Positions 38,725 through 52,410 of a DNA stretch of 64,000 nt are shown here, piece after piece (position 1 is the stretch's first letter; every line of letters begins with the position of its first letter). A program made the translations under genes and the position numbers. The DNA is from Octopus bimaculoides. Lineage: Eukaryota. Below the pieces are notes generated by a model. The model had not been told where the DNA came from. It was given only the letters and a program-made list of their open reading frames with translations, and searched no databases. Location of the stretch: NCBI RefSeq assembly GCF_001194135.2, contig NC_068990.1:57887983-57951982 (forward strand). Direction: 5' to 3'.

Positions 38725-39680
38725 ATTAGAGTTGTAATAAAAGGTTTGACGTGTTGGTATTTCGTCTGTCTTTACATTTTGAGTTCAAATTCTGCCGAGG
38801 TCTTTGCCTTTCATTCTTTCGGGGTCGATAAATGAAGTACCAGGTCGTCAAGTTAAGTACGAGTTGCGTACTGGCTCGATCTAATCGAATGGCCCCTTTT
38901 CCCTTGTGCCTAGAGTAGAAAAGAAAACGTTTGACGCGTGATTCGGGTGTTTTTGGTAAAGATGTGCTAGGCCTGACATTTTGGAAGAAGAGACCAATCG
39001 ATTACATCGACCCAGTACGTGACTGGTACTTGTTTCGTCGACACCGAAAGGATAAAATGCAAAGTGGGTCTCGGCGAAATTTGATATCAGTACTTAAAGA
39101 CGGACGAAATGCCACTAAACATTTTGTCCGGCGTGCTATGCTGCCTTTAATAATCCTTTCTGTTATACGCACAAGGCCTGAAATTGTGGAGATGGGAATA
39201 GTCGATTTGCATCGACCCAGTGCTCAACTGGTACTTGTTTTATTGACTCTGAAAGGATCAAAGGTAAATTGGCCCACGGCGGAATATGAAATCAGAACGT
39301 TAAGACGGACGAAATGCCATTAAGCGTTTTGTCCGGCGTGTTATGCCACCTTTCATAGTAATTCCTTCAACTGCAGTCACAAGGCCTGAATTTTTCACAG
39401 AGGGTTTAAATCGATTACTTCGTTTCCAATGCTTAACTGGTGCTTCATCTTATCTACTCGGAAAGTCAGCTTCGGAAAGTAAAGCTGGAAGAAATACCGT
39501 AAACCATTTTGTTCCCTGTGCAAACGATTTTGCAAGCTTATCGCCTAATATCATAATGATATTGGTTTCAAATTTTGGCTCAAGGTTAACAATTTCAGAG
39601 TTGGGATTAAGTCGGTTACCTGAATCTCGGTGCTCAACTGGTATTCATTTTATCAACCCCGAAAGGTAAAGTCAGCTGAC
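38725..39680. mobile_element. Cluster of family B SINEs: one plus-strand partial copy, then four minus-strand head-to-tail units
   Basis: Plus copy at about 38725-38925. Minus units at about 38965-39145, 39150-39350, 39355-39545 and 39555-39680, each with AGGCCTGA...GTCGATT...ACTGGTA..TT..ATCGAC...GAAAGG. Confidence 0.82.
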
Positions 39681-39910
39681 CTTTTTCGTTGAGTTTCAGT
39701 TTTAATGGTTAGTCAACGAATATGGAAAAATCTATCGCCTGAAGAAACTTAGGGACAGCTGATCGAATCTCTGCGTGTCCGTCATTCATGTTGAACATTG
39801 AAAACAAACACAATAATCTCGAATGCCATTTTAAACATCTCGTGTAGAAAAGCGAACAAAGATCTGTAATTCAAGGATACAGACTGCATACGACAATATT
39901 TATTCACACA

Positions 39911-40126
39911 ACGGCGGCGAGTTGGCTGAAACGTTAGCACGCCGGGCGAAATGCTTAGCGGTATTTCGTCTGTCTTTACGTTCTGAGTTCAAATTCCGCC
40001 GAGGCCGACTTTGCCTTTCATCCTTTCGGGATCGATAAGTTAAGTACGAGTTGCGTATTGGGGTCGATCTAATCGACTAGACCCCTCCCCTTAAATTTCA
40101 GACCTTGTGCTTAGAGTAGAAAATAC
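39911..40126 (+). mobile_element. SINE family B with 14-bp TSD
   Basis: TSD TATTTATTCACACA at 39897-39910 and 40127-40140. Confidence 0.93.
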
Positions 40127-40368
40127 TATTTATTCACACACATGCACACACGTTTGTAGATATCCATATATATACACACAGAAGCACAGATGTATTGTAA
40201 TGATACGAATACACATATATTGATTATAAAATAGCTAATCATGCTGAGCGAGAAGGATACCGATAATGCCTTCTTTTTTATATATATAATACACATATAT
40301 ATTCTGTATAACACACATATTACTATTTACTTTCTGATACTGATAAATTTATTCCATGATTCGTTGAA

Positions 40369-40408
<40 letters not shown>

Positions 40409-41152
40409 ACATTGACAGAGATAAATTCTGTGACACAATTTGTAGTTTATCGCTGGCAGCTTATAGTTTCGGTGGCCAAGGCACCAATTCATGCTGGCAT
40501 AGTCCATTTAACTGTAAATGGAAACGACATGGTGATGTAGTTTTACTGCTCTAAGCAGCAGGAACCAAGTGTAAATAACGACCGTTTCGTTGACTTGCTG
40601 TGTGGATGACTATATATCGGAAAGGGTTTCCACTGAGGTCAGGAGACGTAATCCTTTATTGATGAACACATGTGATTAATAAAGGCCCTGCAACTGATTG
40701 TGTTTTCTCAATTATGGGAAATCGATAAATATTGACTGATTGACTAACTGATTGATTGATTGATTAATTGATTGAAAGTAATATATAGCAACTATATCAA
40801 TTATCAATGGAAATTATATTATTATTAAGCATGAAGGTTCAGTGCTAATTAGACGTGTGCTTTATATAATGATTGATAGACTCAAATATATTGCTAGTAA
40901 CTTGAAACTTTTACCGAAAGGATGATGGTCTAATTCCATCTAAATTGGATTGGGTTTCTGAGCCACATCGTTGAACAGACATCTATTCTAAACCAATTAA
41001 AAGGCTTAATTCGAATTCTATATCTCGTGTCACTAACGCAAGTACTTCAGTACTGGAGCTAAAACTGGCCCAACAGTTTTCCTTTTTCTATGATCTTTAA
41101 TTTCCTGTAATAATCTAAAACGTCATATATTTTGAAACAAATGTATTTGCAG

Positions 41153-41222
<70 letters not shown>
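41153..41222. repeat. (AAT)n microsatellite at the 5' junction of an R4/Dong-type RT fragment
   Basis: Direct reading. Confidence 0.97.
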
Positions 41223-41224
<2 letters not shown>

Positions 41225-41928
41225 TATGTCTATCTACCACGTATAAAATTTTAACATCCGTCCTCGTGGAGAAAACATACGAATTTATGGAACAGAACGA
41301 TATTTTTCCAACTGAACAAAATGGGTGCCGATGAGGCTCATGTGGATGCAAAGACCAATTATTAATCAATCGCATGATCCTTGAGAACTGTCTTAACAAA
41401 CGCAGAAATCTCAGTTCTGCATGGATTGATTATAAAAAGGCTTTCGACAGCATACCACATTCATGGATCTTGAAATCGCTGGATATCTTCAAAATTCTCC
41501 TGTGATTTCAAGCTTCCTGAAGCACAACATGTCAATGTGGAATACGAAACTCCAAATATACCACTCTAATCGAGTACTGACCACAAAATTATTAATATCA
41601 ACTGCGGCATTTTCCAATGGGACTCATTTTCATCTCTAATTTTCTGTATAGCCCTAGTACCCCTTACAAGTGAACTCAACAGAACAGGGTATGAATATAA
41701 AATTGGCGACACAAGAAAATAAGTTATCTATGTTATATGGATGGCTTAAAACTCTCTGGCAAAGACGATAATGGAGTTGAAGGACTACTACGTACTGTGA
41801 AAGCATTCAGTGATGACATAGGGATGGAATTTAGTCTTGATAAATGTGCCAAGGCCACTTTCCAGAAAGGGAAACTGAAGACCTCACATTTAGTGGTGTT
41901 GGATATTGACACAGTCATAAAAGAGGTC
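41223..41928 (+). mobile_element. R4/Dong-type non-LTR reverse transcriptase fragment
   Basis: ICLSTTYKILTS...FPTEQNGCR*GSCGCKDQLLINRMILENC..KRRNLSSAWIDYKKAFDSIPHSWIL...CGIFQ.DS.S.LIFCIALVPLTSELNRTGY...YMDGLKLSGKDD...TVKAFSDDIGMEFSLDKCA, with stops and frameshifts. Confidence 0.92.
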
Positions 41929-42120
41929 GATTGAGGTCAACTTTGCCTGTTATCATTTCGGATGTAAGTACCAGTTGCGTACTGGGTCGATCTAATACTG
42001 TCCCCCTCCCCAAAAATTCGGGCTTTGTGCCTAGACTAGAAAAGAATATTATTTTATCGACCCTGATAGATGAAAGACGAAGTTTACCACGGCGGAATTT
42101 GAACTCAGAATGTAAAGTTA
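41929..42120. mobile_element. Two partial family B SINEs, tail-to-tail
   Basis: Plus partial at 41929-42048 and minus partial at about 42050-42120. They interrupt the LINE RT. Confidence 0.8.
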
Positions 42121-43145
42121 TCAATGTCGTTAAGGATTGATAACAATAACTACTTTACATTGTCTTTCATCTGATCTTTGTGATTGTATATACACTTAGT
42201 TTGATTATGGAAATCTGTTAGTATTGACAAAAAAAAATTAATCTAATTATTTTGCAGTATCATCTATAATTATTATTTCATTAACTAACTCTAGTTTAAA
42301 TATGGTACTGTAGTCACTACAAAACAGAGAAGTAAAGTGATGTAATATATTTATAAAACCAACACCGCGTTACTGTTTCTGCTCAGTGTAGTTCCTTTTG
42401 GATGAAGAAGCTGAGTTATGTCTATTTTTGCATTTAAGCTGAAGTATTGATATTATGACGCCCTAGGTGTGATACACAAGTGACGAAAAGGTGAAAAATT
42501 CGATGAAAATAAATTTCACTTCATATAACTTTTAATCTTGTCGGATAGAAAATTCATATTTCTTCCTTTGTTGGAAAATGATTTTTCTTTAGATATACGC
42601 AATGTTTTAACTTAACATTTCTGGACATTAAAGTTGATGTAACGTTATCAAGAAAAGGCTGAGAGCGTGTTAGTATGTTAAGGGCTAGTTAGATAGAAAA
42701 ACCTATTCCCAGTAATGGCCTTCAGCCAATAGAATGCTGCCAAAACATTGACCAGAGCACATACAATCACACACGCATACACACACACTCACAAACATAC
42801 TCACTCACATACACAAGCAATCATTATACACATACACCAAGCGGTTTTGCTTCTTTTCTGTTCACAAACCTATCGATTTCTTTCGGTCATTCATACAAAA
42901 CGCCATCAGCTCTAATTGCCAACACTATCTTCTTTCTTCCCGAGTGAATCACACCATGAAACATTTTATCAATAAAAGAGTTAGCAGAGAGATAAGATTT
43001 AAAACTGAACATGACAGGGTTAAAGAAAATAAAATTACTATAGATTTCTTCGAGCGAAACAAGACAGCCACACACTGCTCTGGTATCGAACAGAACATTC
43101 GATAGTGGGAAGTTTGAGTCTCACCTATGTTTCCGCATATTTTTA

Positions 43146-43172
43146 TCTCTCTCTCTCTCTCTCTCGCTCTCT

Positions 43173-43269
<97 letters not shown>

Positions 43270-43270
43270 A
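43146..43270. repeat. (CT)n microsatellite
   Basis: Direct reading. Confidence 0.97.
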
Positions 43271-43467
43271 ACTAGTCTTTCTCCATCTCTCTCCTTTTTC
43301 TCTTTAACTTCTAGTAAAATAAATAACAGTTGATCGAGAATGTTGTTTCTTACCTTGGGGTAGAATTTAATGTAACATAAATATTTTGATTGTTATCACT
43401 TGAAAATAAGTACGTTTATAATAACTCAATTAATTAGTGCTTTAGCTTCGGATGTCTACTAAAAATT

Positions 43468-43502
<35 letters not shown>

Positions 43503-44574
43503 TGTGTGTGTGTTTCTCTCTTCGTTTTTCACGAAATGATATACATTGTAAACAAGGAATTTAATGCGGCATCATATATTATGTCTATGTCTATATGTGC
43601 ATATGAGATATGTGAATAGGTATGTTGCCATGCACGTATTTTAATATATATACAGACACATAAATACATATATAAAGATACTTACACACAAGCATACAAA
43701 TATACATACATATCGTGATTATGTGTGCACAAATGTACGCGTACACACGAGTACGCCGGTGTGTGGTGTTTTATTTTGGCAACTATTTCGGATGTAATGA
43801 AACGTGCATCCAATAAAGTATATTCAGTTGGGAAAAAGCATCTCATTTAAAGACCAGTCACAAATAGATTATAAAAACTGCGCCTGTGAATACACAAGGT
43901 TTTCACGATCGGTTATGTTGTTTTTAAGAGTCTAAATATCATGAACGAACTTTGAAATTCTTTTGCCAAATAATTAATGATTGTATGGCCAGCTTTAGAG
44001 CGTATTCAAGCTGTACATTAATTGGAATATTTGTTGCTAGCTAAATACACACAAAATATTTCTTGCTCGGGGTAAAAACAAACAAAAGGAAAACAGGTAT
44101 TTTTTTCTCTCTCTCTTTGGAAGTCTTCTCCATAACTATGTTTTACATAGAAAACAGATAGAATGATACATAAAGGAGAAAATAAACGTCAATTATGTGT
44201 TGGTTGTTGATGATTTATGAACTTTTTCATACGATTTACAAATGTTCCTGGTTGAAAAATAATATGGTCAATATACTTGCAATATCAAGTTACGCTGATT
44301 ATTCCATACGGATTATTTCTTTCGGTTTGTGTTCAATGGTTTCTTTTATACGTGCCATGGAGTTGGCAGAGTAGCTGGAGACGTGGACCAAATATTTTAT
44401 GTTACCATATGCAGATCCTTATTGTTCTGGTTCATACAGTGATAAACTTAAACATAGTAAATCTACCAGTGCGTAATTACTTGATCGAACTGATTTCCTT
44501 GGCAATACAAAGACCTTGCATGTAAAGAAATCAATAATCTATTTGTACAAAAATGCTGATATCGTTTTCATTTT

Positions 44575-44630
44575 TCTTTCCCTCTCTGTCTCCCTGTCTC
44601 TGTCTCTGTCTCTGTCAATCTCTCTCTCTT

Positions 44631-44677
<47 letters not shown>

Positions 44678-44715
44678 GTATCTCCCCGCCTTTCTTTCAC
44701 TCTCTCTCGTTCTCA
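44575..44715. repeat. Degenerate (CT)n microsatellite
   Basis: Direct reading. Confidence 0.92.
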
Positions 44716-45367
44716 CTTACTCTATATTTATAGATACTCCACTAGTTGAAATATGGTGCGCCTTGTACGAAAGTTTTAATGTGTAAATCTTATGTACTCT
44801 GTCTGCAACACTGTCGAGTGATTTAAATTTTGGAGCCACTACGTCTGTATGTATATAGAGCTTTGAGGTATTCATATACATAAATATATATACACGCATG
44901 CATACACACGTGCATACATGCTGTGTGTGTGTGTGTGTGCTTGTATACCAGGTTGATCACATGTTAAGATCACTTCTATATCTCAAGGATAAGAGTTCGA
45001 TCTCATCGTGTGACACACATTAAACAAGTCTATTTTCACATTGCCTTTGGTCACCCCAAACCGAGTGTGTTGAATTGGGCATAGGAAATCCCTTTTTTAA
45101 ATCGTCGCATAGAATGTACATATACTTCAAAGATTGAACTTTTAGACGTTATTTCACTCATTTTCTCCGTGAAGTACACAAAAAGAAAGTGACTGTAGAT
45201 CGGTCATTCATCCAATTTGCATATTAATTCAAGTAGGTAATTCAACTCGATCGAACAAATGAATATTCATCATCGAAATCAATTATGTATTTATGTATGA
45301 AGATTAACATGCATGTGCGTATGTATATACATACACATATATGCCTACATATATGTATGTGTGTGCG

Positions 45368-45419
<52 letters not shown>

Positions 45420-45423
45420 TATT

Positions 45424-45633
45424 CTTTCTTTTATTCTTATATTTGTTTCAGTTATTTGACAGCGGCCATGCTGGAGCACCGCCTTTAGTCAAACAAATCC
45501 ATCCCATAACTTATTCTTTGTAAGACTAGTACGTATTCTATCGGTCAGTTTTGCCGAACCGCTAAGTTACGGGGATGTAAAGACACCACCATCGGTTGTC
45601 ATGCGATGGTGGGGTTAGACAAACACAGACACA

Positions 45634-45668
<35 letters not shown>

Positions 45669-45817
45669 TTATATATGTATATATATATACGACCAAGGCT
45701 TTGGTCGGACCGAAGCTATGCTAGAAGACACTTGCCCAAGGTGCCACGCAGTGGGACTGAACCCGGAACCATGAGGTTGGGAAGCAAACTTCTTACAACA
45801 CAGCCACGCCTGCGCCT
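45424..45817 (-). mobile_element. SINE family A, full length
   Basis: Reverse complement of 29107-29495 with an internal (CA)n. Confidence 0.9.
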
Positions 45818-45840
45818 ATGCGTATAATAGTAATAATAAT

Positions 45841-46015
45841 CCTTTCTACTCTAGGCACAAGACCTGAAACTATGAGGAAGTGTACTAGTCGAGTACATGG
45901 ACCCCAGTGTTTCACTGGTACTTATCGACTCCGAAAGGATGAAAAGCAAAGTCGACCTCGGCGGAATTTGAACTCAGAATGTAAGGATGAACGAAATGCC
46001 ACCAAACATTTTGCT
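45841..46015 (-). mobile_element. SINE family B, internally deleted
   Basis: CCTTTCTACTCTAGGCACAAG...GAAAGGATGAAAAGCAAAGTCGACCTCGGCGGAATTTGAACTCAGAA. Confidence 0.85.
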
Positions 46016-46779
46016 TTATAATAATGATAATGATAACTATTATTATTATTATTATTATTATGATAATAACAATATGCTCTGACTGTAATTAACTAATAAT
46101 GAATGAAATCAACACTGACGTAATTTGATGGATTATAGTATAAATATACATAGATCCCTTTGTATAATTCCTTAAACATTATCGGATATAATTTATGTAT
46201 TACAAACCTTCGTATTGGATGGAATTCAGATACCATATGTAAAAAAAATAATAATGGTGATATGTAATTATTAGTAACACAGCTATTCAGCGTCCTCACA
46301 AGGAAAATCAAACTCAAGAGAAATAAAATTATATCTCTAGCTTATGGATAAAGAGGAATTGCGTACTTTATAATTCATGCAAGAAAGTACGGAAAATGAA
46401 GCTTAGCAAAGCTTGAAATTGCCAAAAACTAACAACACTGTACATAATAAAAATGAGTGCAATCTAAATAATGTCCCCCAAATCTTCAAAATAAAGCTGA
46501 TAACTGTTCACGAGGGTAGTATATTTTTTTTCTTCAGATGTAACTTACTACCGCATTCTATTTACGAATGAAATATCCTTGGATGAAAATGACAATATAA
46601 AACATAATACACTATCACAGCCTCAAAATATCAGAAATCAAAATACAGCAATTTGAAGAAAAATATATTCATTTCAAAAACAAACAAAACGTAAGGCAGA
46701 TATGTCTTTTACTTGGGAAGCGAACTAAACAAATAGCAAAATATAACAAAACCGAACCGTAGGACCATTTCAGAATACT

Positions 46780-47805
46780 AGCCAACAACAAACCGAATGA
46801 GATCAACACGCATTATTATGGATAAAAGCGGAGAAAAAGTTGAGTGTGAGGAAGATTTAGGAATAGGAAAAGCTAAGAATGGATGGCAACAACTGAAAGC
46901 TTCAAGTAAATTCATATTTAGAAAAGTAATTTCTAAAAATACAAATACTCAATAATAAATAACAGTCAAGCCTTGCCATCGCAACCTTAATTAAAGCATT
47001 CACGAATATCAATGTCTGCAGGTTAAACAAAGTAATATAATGCAGCAGGCACAGTAGAGAGTAATCCTTAAGATCTACTCATATGTGAATATGAAAACAC
47101 CAATAAATAACATGAAAATCATGCAGGAATAGAACAATAAAGAAATACGTCTTAATGCTGAATGGTATCAATTGTGATGCAAATGATGCAAATGAAAATG
47201 CTTTCAAAAAGAAATCCTCGTTAAATTGTAAAGAATTTTATGTTGCGAAATATGAAAACGATTCTTTGAAAGAATCCAGACTGAAATGATTTTATCAAAA
47301 ACTAGAAAAGAATAAATGTATACAAGTAGCAAGAAAGTTAAGAAATTACGAAATTGGGGAGGGAATGATCCCGGACGAGAACAAAGTACTAACGGGGAGT
47401 AAATCATGAGGCGCGATGCTTACACACCAGAGCAGATTACGAAGAATAACAAAGCGACCATACTCATCGATATGTAACGTCACATAGGCAGTATGATGAT
47501 GGCATTTCAACCGGATATTGTTGTCAAGGACTACCAAGAAAGGAAATGCTTTCTCACCGAAGCATCAGTCTCAAAAGCCGACAGAGCATCACGAAATGAA
47601 ATAGAAAATTATCCAAACATAAAGATCCCAGTATGTGGGAACTTAAAACAGAAGCAAATCAAACTTTATTATAAACAGTGCGTTGGAAATGATTGAAAGA
47701 AATGCAGATAAATACATAGCCAAAATTCTGTGGCTTACACATATACACAATATGCAGAAAATAAATGCTAGGCACTGCACATATCTTACGTAGTACATTA
47801 GAAAA
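46780..47805 (+). mobile_element. Decayed R4/Dong-type C-terminal (RLE endonuclease) fragment
   Basis: Clear from about 47415: ATIL.D...FQPDIVVKDYQERKCFL...KYKD...MWELKT...MLGTAHILRS. A weaker upstream match (WIKAE.., SQALP..) starts at about 46800. Confidence 0.7.
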
Positions 47806-50489
47806 CACTATGTACACAGCACTGTCTCGGAAGCGCAATTAAAACATGCAATAAAAATAAGACTATTGAAGAAATAATACTAACAAAAGCAACAACAACA
47901 ACAACACTAGTGTAGCTGCTCTAAGGTTCATTTCGAAATGATTCAATAACAGAGTAATAGTTATTATGATATGAGTCAACATTATATGCCCATATTGATG
48001 CGCTGTCAACAAGCAAAATGTTTCAATTTTAATACTTCGAGCTGTCTTTGAGATGAACTATGATTACGTAGTCAAATTTAGAATGAAATGCATTTCAATT
48101 TAGATTTTGGAAGGATACAATATGTCGTTTCAGCTATCTTTCAGAATTTTAATTTCGCCAGATTGTACCAGACATGCTTTTCGCTATACAAACGGATGTC
48201 TAGCGCTTGTATAACGGATGTCATTCAGAGTATTTTGCAAGAGTATAAGCTACTGTACAATAGATAATAATGCAGTAGATTACGTCCAACCAAATTCTAT
48301 TCAAGAGTAAAAATTTACTTTCAGAAACCTTAGGAACTTACTTTACAAGCAGATTCCTATAAATATAAACTAAATCACCGAAGATATAATATTAAATATG
48401 ATGTCGGGTGTAAAGTTGTGATTGATAAATTTTAATAGAGTTGATATTCCAACTTAAATCCAATAAGAATTCAATATATGAAAGGTTCTTTCTTATATAT
48501 TTCAGAAAGTGTAAAAAAAAGTTTAAAACAACCAAGGCCGAATATTCTGGGTGTGCTAGGTGTGCGGTGCACATCCATCGAAAATGGCAAGTTCATTTTA
48601 AATATTAACCTTCCTCATTAATTTATCACAGATCTTAATGGAAAAGTTTTGTTATACCCTTGCTTGAAATTTGGTGCCATTAGGTGTGGCAGCGCACCCA
48701 ATACAACGACCACCATGCACCACTGGTCAGAGCTCTACACCATGCTGTTGACGTTGTTCGACAAAAATCCGCATTATTATATCCATCATAGCAGCCAATA
48801 TGCATTGATTTTACCCTTGTTAGGATTGCTATTATTTTTGATAAGATCTGCAGCCTTAATTTCAGGTTTTATTATTATGAGCGTCATTGCTTAAAGACTG
48901 CTAACTAATACACGTATTAACATAATCGAAAGTTTACTCTGAGAATTATCGAAAACTAAAAATAACAAGGAGAAAAAGGTGAGTAACAATTTAAGTCTAT
49001 CTTAAAGTATTTCCACAATCTAAATACAGTATGATGTTATAATGGAAAGGACCTAGAAAGTAGTGAAAGAGTCATTCAAATATCAAACAGACGTTGAAAA
49101 CACATTAGCTGTATAGATTAGACAGTATACAGTGGAAACAATGATGTTTAATCCTTCGAAAATAATAAATACCCTAATTTTTTTATTTACTGCATCGCAA
49201 AGGCGGTTAGTAACTTGTGATCTACAAGAAGAGACACTAGCAAAAATGTTATTGGCAGGTTATCAGTGTTCAATACAAGTCAGGTTATCTATGGTATTGT
49301 TTTGAGATGGTTCTAATTATTTTGATATTGGTAAAGAAACGAGGCAAACGAAAAGACAAGCATGAGTCTCCTCTCTTTATTCGTGGTAGAACTGATCGGA
49401 GTTTGTTGAAAAATATTTTGTTGCAACGTCGATGATGCCCGATCCTCGCCCTGAGGTTACCTTGTTCGCTTATGTTTCAAAGTATTATCATTATAAATTG
49501 TGCTCAGCTCGTTGTAACGAAACTTTTATGCAATTAAAAAGGAGTAAACTATCGCACAATGTGTGGCAAATAGCGTAGTGTAATGCGAAACACTCACTGA
49601 GTTACACCCACTCAGACTTGATTGATGCCATATCATAGGAGATGCGACTACAAAGTAATAAATCTAACGTCTGCCCATGAAACGGGATTATATTTGGACC
49701 TTGAAGGAATATAGGCTGAAAAGATAAGAGCTCCGTCAACCTAAAATGGGATGCCAATCATCCAAGGATAAACTTTTGGTAGTCATTTGCAGCTGAGTCT
49801 ACTAAAGAGAAGTGAACTGAAATGGATTTCTCAAGGACAGAACTACTATCAAGTCAATGAAAGAAACTTACAACCTATTCTAGCCAATATGCAAGGCACC
49901 CTCACAAGGAAATAATGAATTTTTAAATCATATGATAGACTCGAGAACCTGGTAAATTTTTACCTCAATTTTAATCATTTATTTTTATGATACATTCTTT
50001 GAACTTGACAGTATTTATATTGTTTTGGTTGCATCCTTAATTCATAAGTATTAAGGATTCATAAAATGTTTTCAAAGGATTAATATTCGCATCATTTTTT
50101 ATGACTAGTAGAATACTAATTTTTATAACTCAAACAACCAAATCTGTATAAAGTCACAAACAATAGTTTAACCAAATCTTGCGTTCATTTATTTCAATTT
50201 ACCTGAATTATTCAATGACAGCTTTATTTCCATTCACAGAATAAACTTGGTTCTTCAGACAATTCTATATTTTATGAATAAACAGTTTTTAACAGAAAAG
50301 ATCTTATTCAGAAAATAAACAATTTCCTCAATCTCACATTCGTGATTAGATTCCATGATTGTAAAACTGAATAGAATCAATCATATTTCTTTCTTTCTTT
50401 GGTTTTACTTTCGTTTATTTTCTACATATTAATTTTCATATTGCTGCTTGTTTTTACCTAGATTGACTTAATGATATTGTCCTGAAGTC

Positions 50490-51075
50490 ATTACTGAAAT
50501 GGCCTTGTTGTTAACATATAGACTTTTAGTTTTGTCTGAAAAAATAGAGTTTTAACGCGTATCTGAAATTGCTTTATGTCATGTTTAGGTTTAGTTTGGA
50601 AGTATATTTCTTCTGGAAGAGTCTTTCGAGATATCTATTCATGGAGTCTGTGTGAGTTTGACGTGTAGTGTCTAGGTTACGAATAGACAATGCATGGTTC
50701 AGGAATGTAAAGGAGAAATGAAGGATGGGGGTCATCTGCGTAAGGGTGGGTGTTGCTAGATGGGGCAGGTTAGTCGTTTAAATATAGAAAGAAGAGAGTG
50801 GGGAGCAAAGCCAAAACCTGGGGTAGACAAAAGTTGATAGAATGTGAGAAATAAAGAGCTCCATCAACACACGATTTGATAGAAAACTACTGATGCAAGA
50901 CAACTAGAGACTGGTTGAACCTATTGGTGGACAGATTCGACTGGAGATTCATAGTCCAAAGCTTCGAGGAAATTGAAGACAACATTCATTCAACAAATAT
51001 CTTCAATTAAAATCCCACTTGTGTTTGTGGAGGACAGTAGGTCACCAGGAGGTCTGATTTTAGTCATCGAGAAAG

Positions 51076-51118
<43 letters not shown>

Positions 51119-51600
51119 TTCCAAATGGCGGAAGCCGTCATTGTTAATAGTTGCTGCCATTGCTTTAAAGATATTAAAAGTCCAGTATGGCAATAGTATG
51201 TAGGGTTTGAGAGATTGCCTTTCTTGGGAATGGAACACAATGTGGTGTGGTTTCAAATATCAGGGTAGGTTCCTTTTGGGAACACACTGAATAGTTAGGT
51301 GAATGTAGGTGCTAACTATGAGGTGCAATGTTTGAGAATAATGTAAGGAACACCGTCGAAGTAGTGGTCTTGGTGGTTTGAAACGACCAAAAGTACTTTC
51401 GCACTTATGTGCACATAAGATGGTGGACATTAACGAATTGAAGGGGATAGAATGGGGTCACATGAATCCCAAATCTCGGTTTTAAGCGATGCGATCATAT
51501 GAATAAGCAATAGTCTTCAAGTCCTCATTTAATTGGAATTAGGAAGGGGGATGATCGCCTTAATGGAATGAGATATTATGTAAACTTAAGTGATCAAATA
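50490..51600 (-). mobile_element. CR1/L2-type LINE reverse transcriptase fragment
   Basis: Minus-strand frameshifted translation IPKKGNLSNP.YY...IFKAMAATINNDGFRHLES-[(CT)n]-..RPPGDLL...SINFCLPQ..LLPTLFFLYLND....THPYADD. These are APE-class RT motifs (PKKG..S.P.NYRP, PQGSVL.P.LF..Y.ND, YADD). Confidence 0.8.
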
Positions 51601-51602
51601 AT

Positions 51603-51810
51603 CCTGTCTACTATAGGCACAAGGCCTGAAATTTTTTTAGGGAGGGGCAAGTCGATTACATCGACACTGCTCAACTGATTCTTATTTCATCGATCGCAAA
51701 GGACGAAAGCGAAGTCGACCACGGCGAAATTTTAACTCGAATCATGAAGACGGACGAAATACCGCTAAGCCACTGCCCGGCATGCTAACGATTTAGTTTG
51801 CTCGCCGCGT
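51603..51810 (-). mobile_element. SINE family B
   Basis: CCTGTCTACTATAGGCACAAGGCCTGAAA...GTCGACCACGGCGAAATTT...GAAATACCGCTAAGC. Confidence 0.85.
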
Positions 51811-51848
51811 AGTGATATGATATAATGAAAAAATTAAATCTAACATAC

Positions 51849-52091
51849 TGGCGAACCCTGCTGTACTCTTTCACCACAACTTTCCGTCACTCTTTCTTCC
51901 TATTTCTATTGTACCTGTATTTCAAAAGGCCAGCCTTGTCACACTCTGTGTCACGCTGAATCTCCCCGAGAACTACGTTAAGGGTACATATGACTGTGGG
52001 GTGCTCAGCCACTTGCACGTTAATTTCACGAACAGGCTGTTCCATTGATAGGGTCAACTGGAACCCTCGTCGACGTAACCGACGGAATGCC
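51849..52091 (+). mobile_element. SINE family C, 5'-truncated
   Basis: TGGCGAACCCTGCTGTACTCTTTCACCACAAC...GGAACCCTCGTCGACGTAACCGACGGAATGCC. Confidence 0.88.
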
Positions 52092-52267
52092 TTCTTCTTG
52101 GAGAGAGCATGCAGTTTTGTGAACCGCTGGACTAAATGCATTGAAAAGGAAGGAGACTATATAGAAAAATGACGTACTTGTTTATCCTCTGTTTTTGTAT
52201 AAATACATTGGAAAAACAAGAGTGCGTGTAATTTTTGACTCACGCTCATATATATATATATATATGT

Positions 52268-52410
52268 ATGGTACTTCTTTTATCGACCCTGAAAGGATGA
52301 AAAGCAAAAATCGACCTCGGCGGAATTTGAACTCAGGATGTAAAATCAGAAGAAATGCCGCTAAGCCTCGTTTGCCGGCGCAGTAACGGTTTTGCTAGCT
52401 CGCCGTCTTA
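52268..52410 (-). mobile_element. SINE family B, head half
   Basis: TGGTACTTCTTTTATCGACCCTGAAAGGATGAAAAGC...GCTAGCTCGCCGTCTT. Confidence 0.82.
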
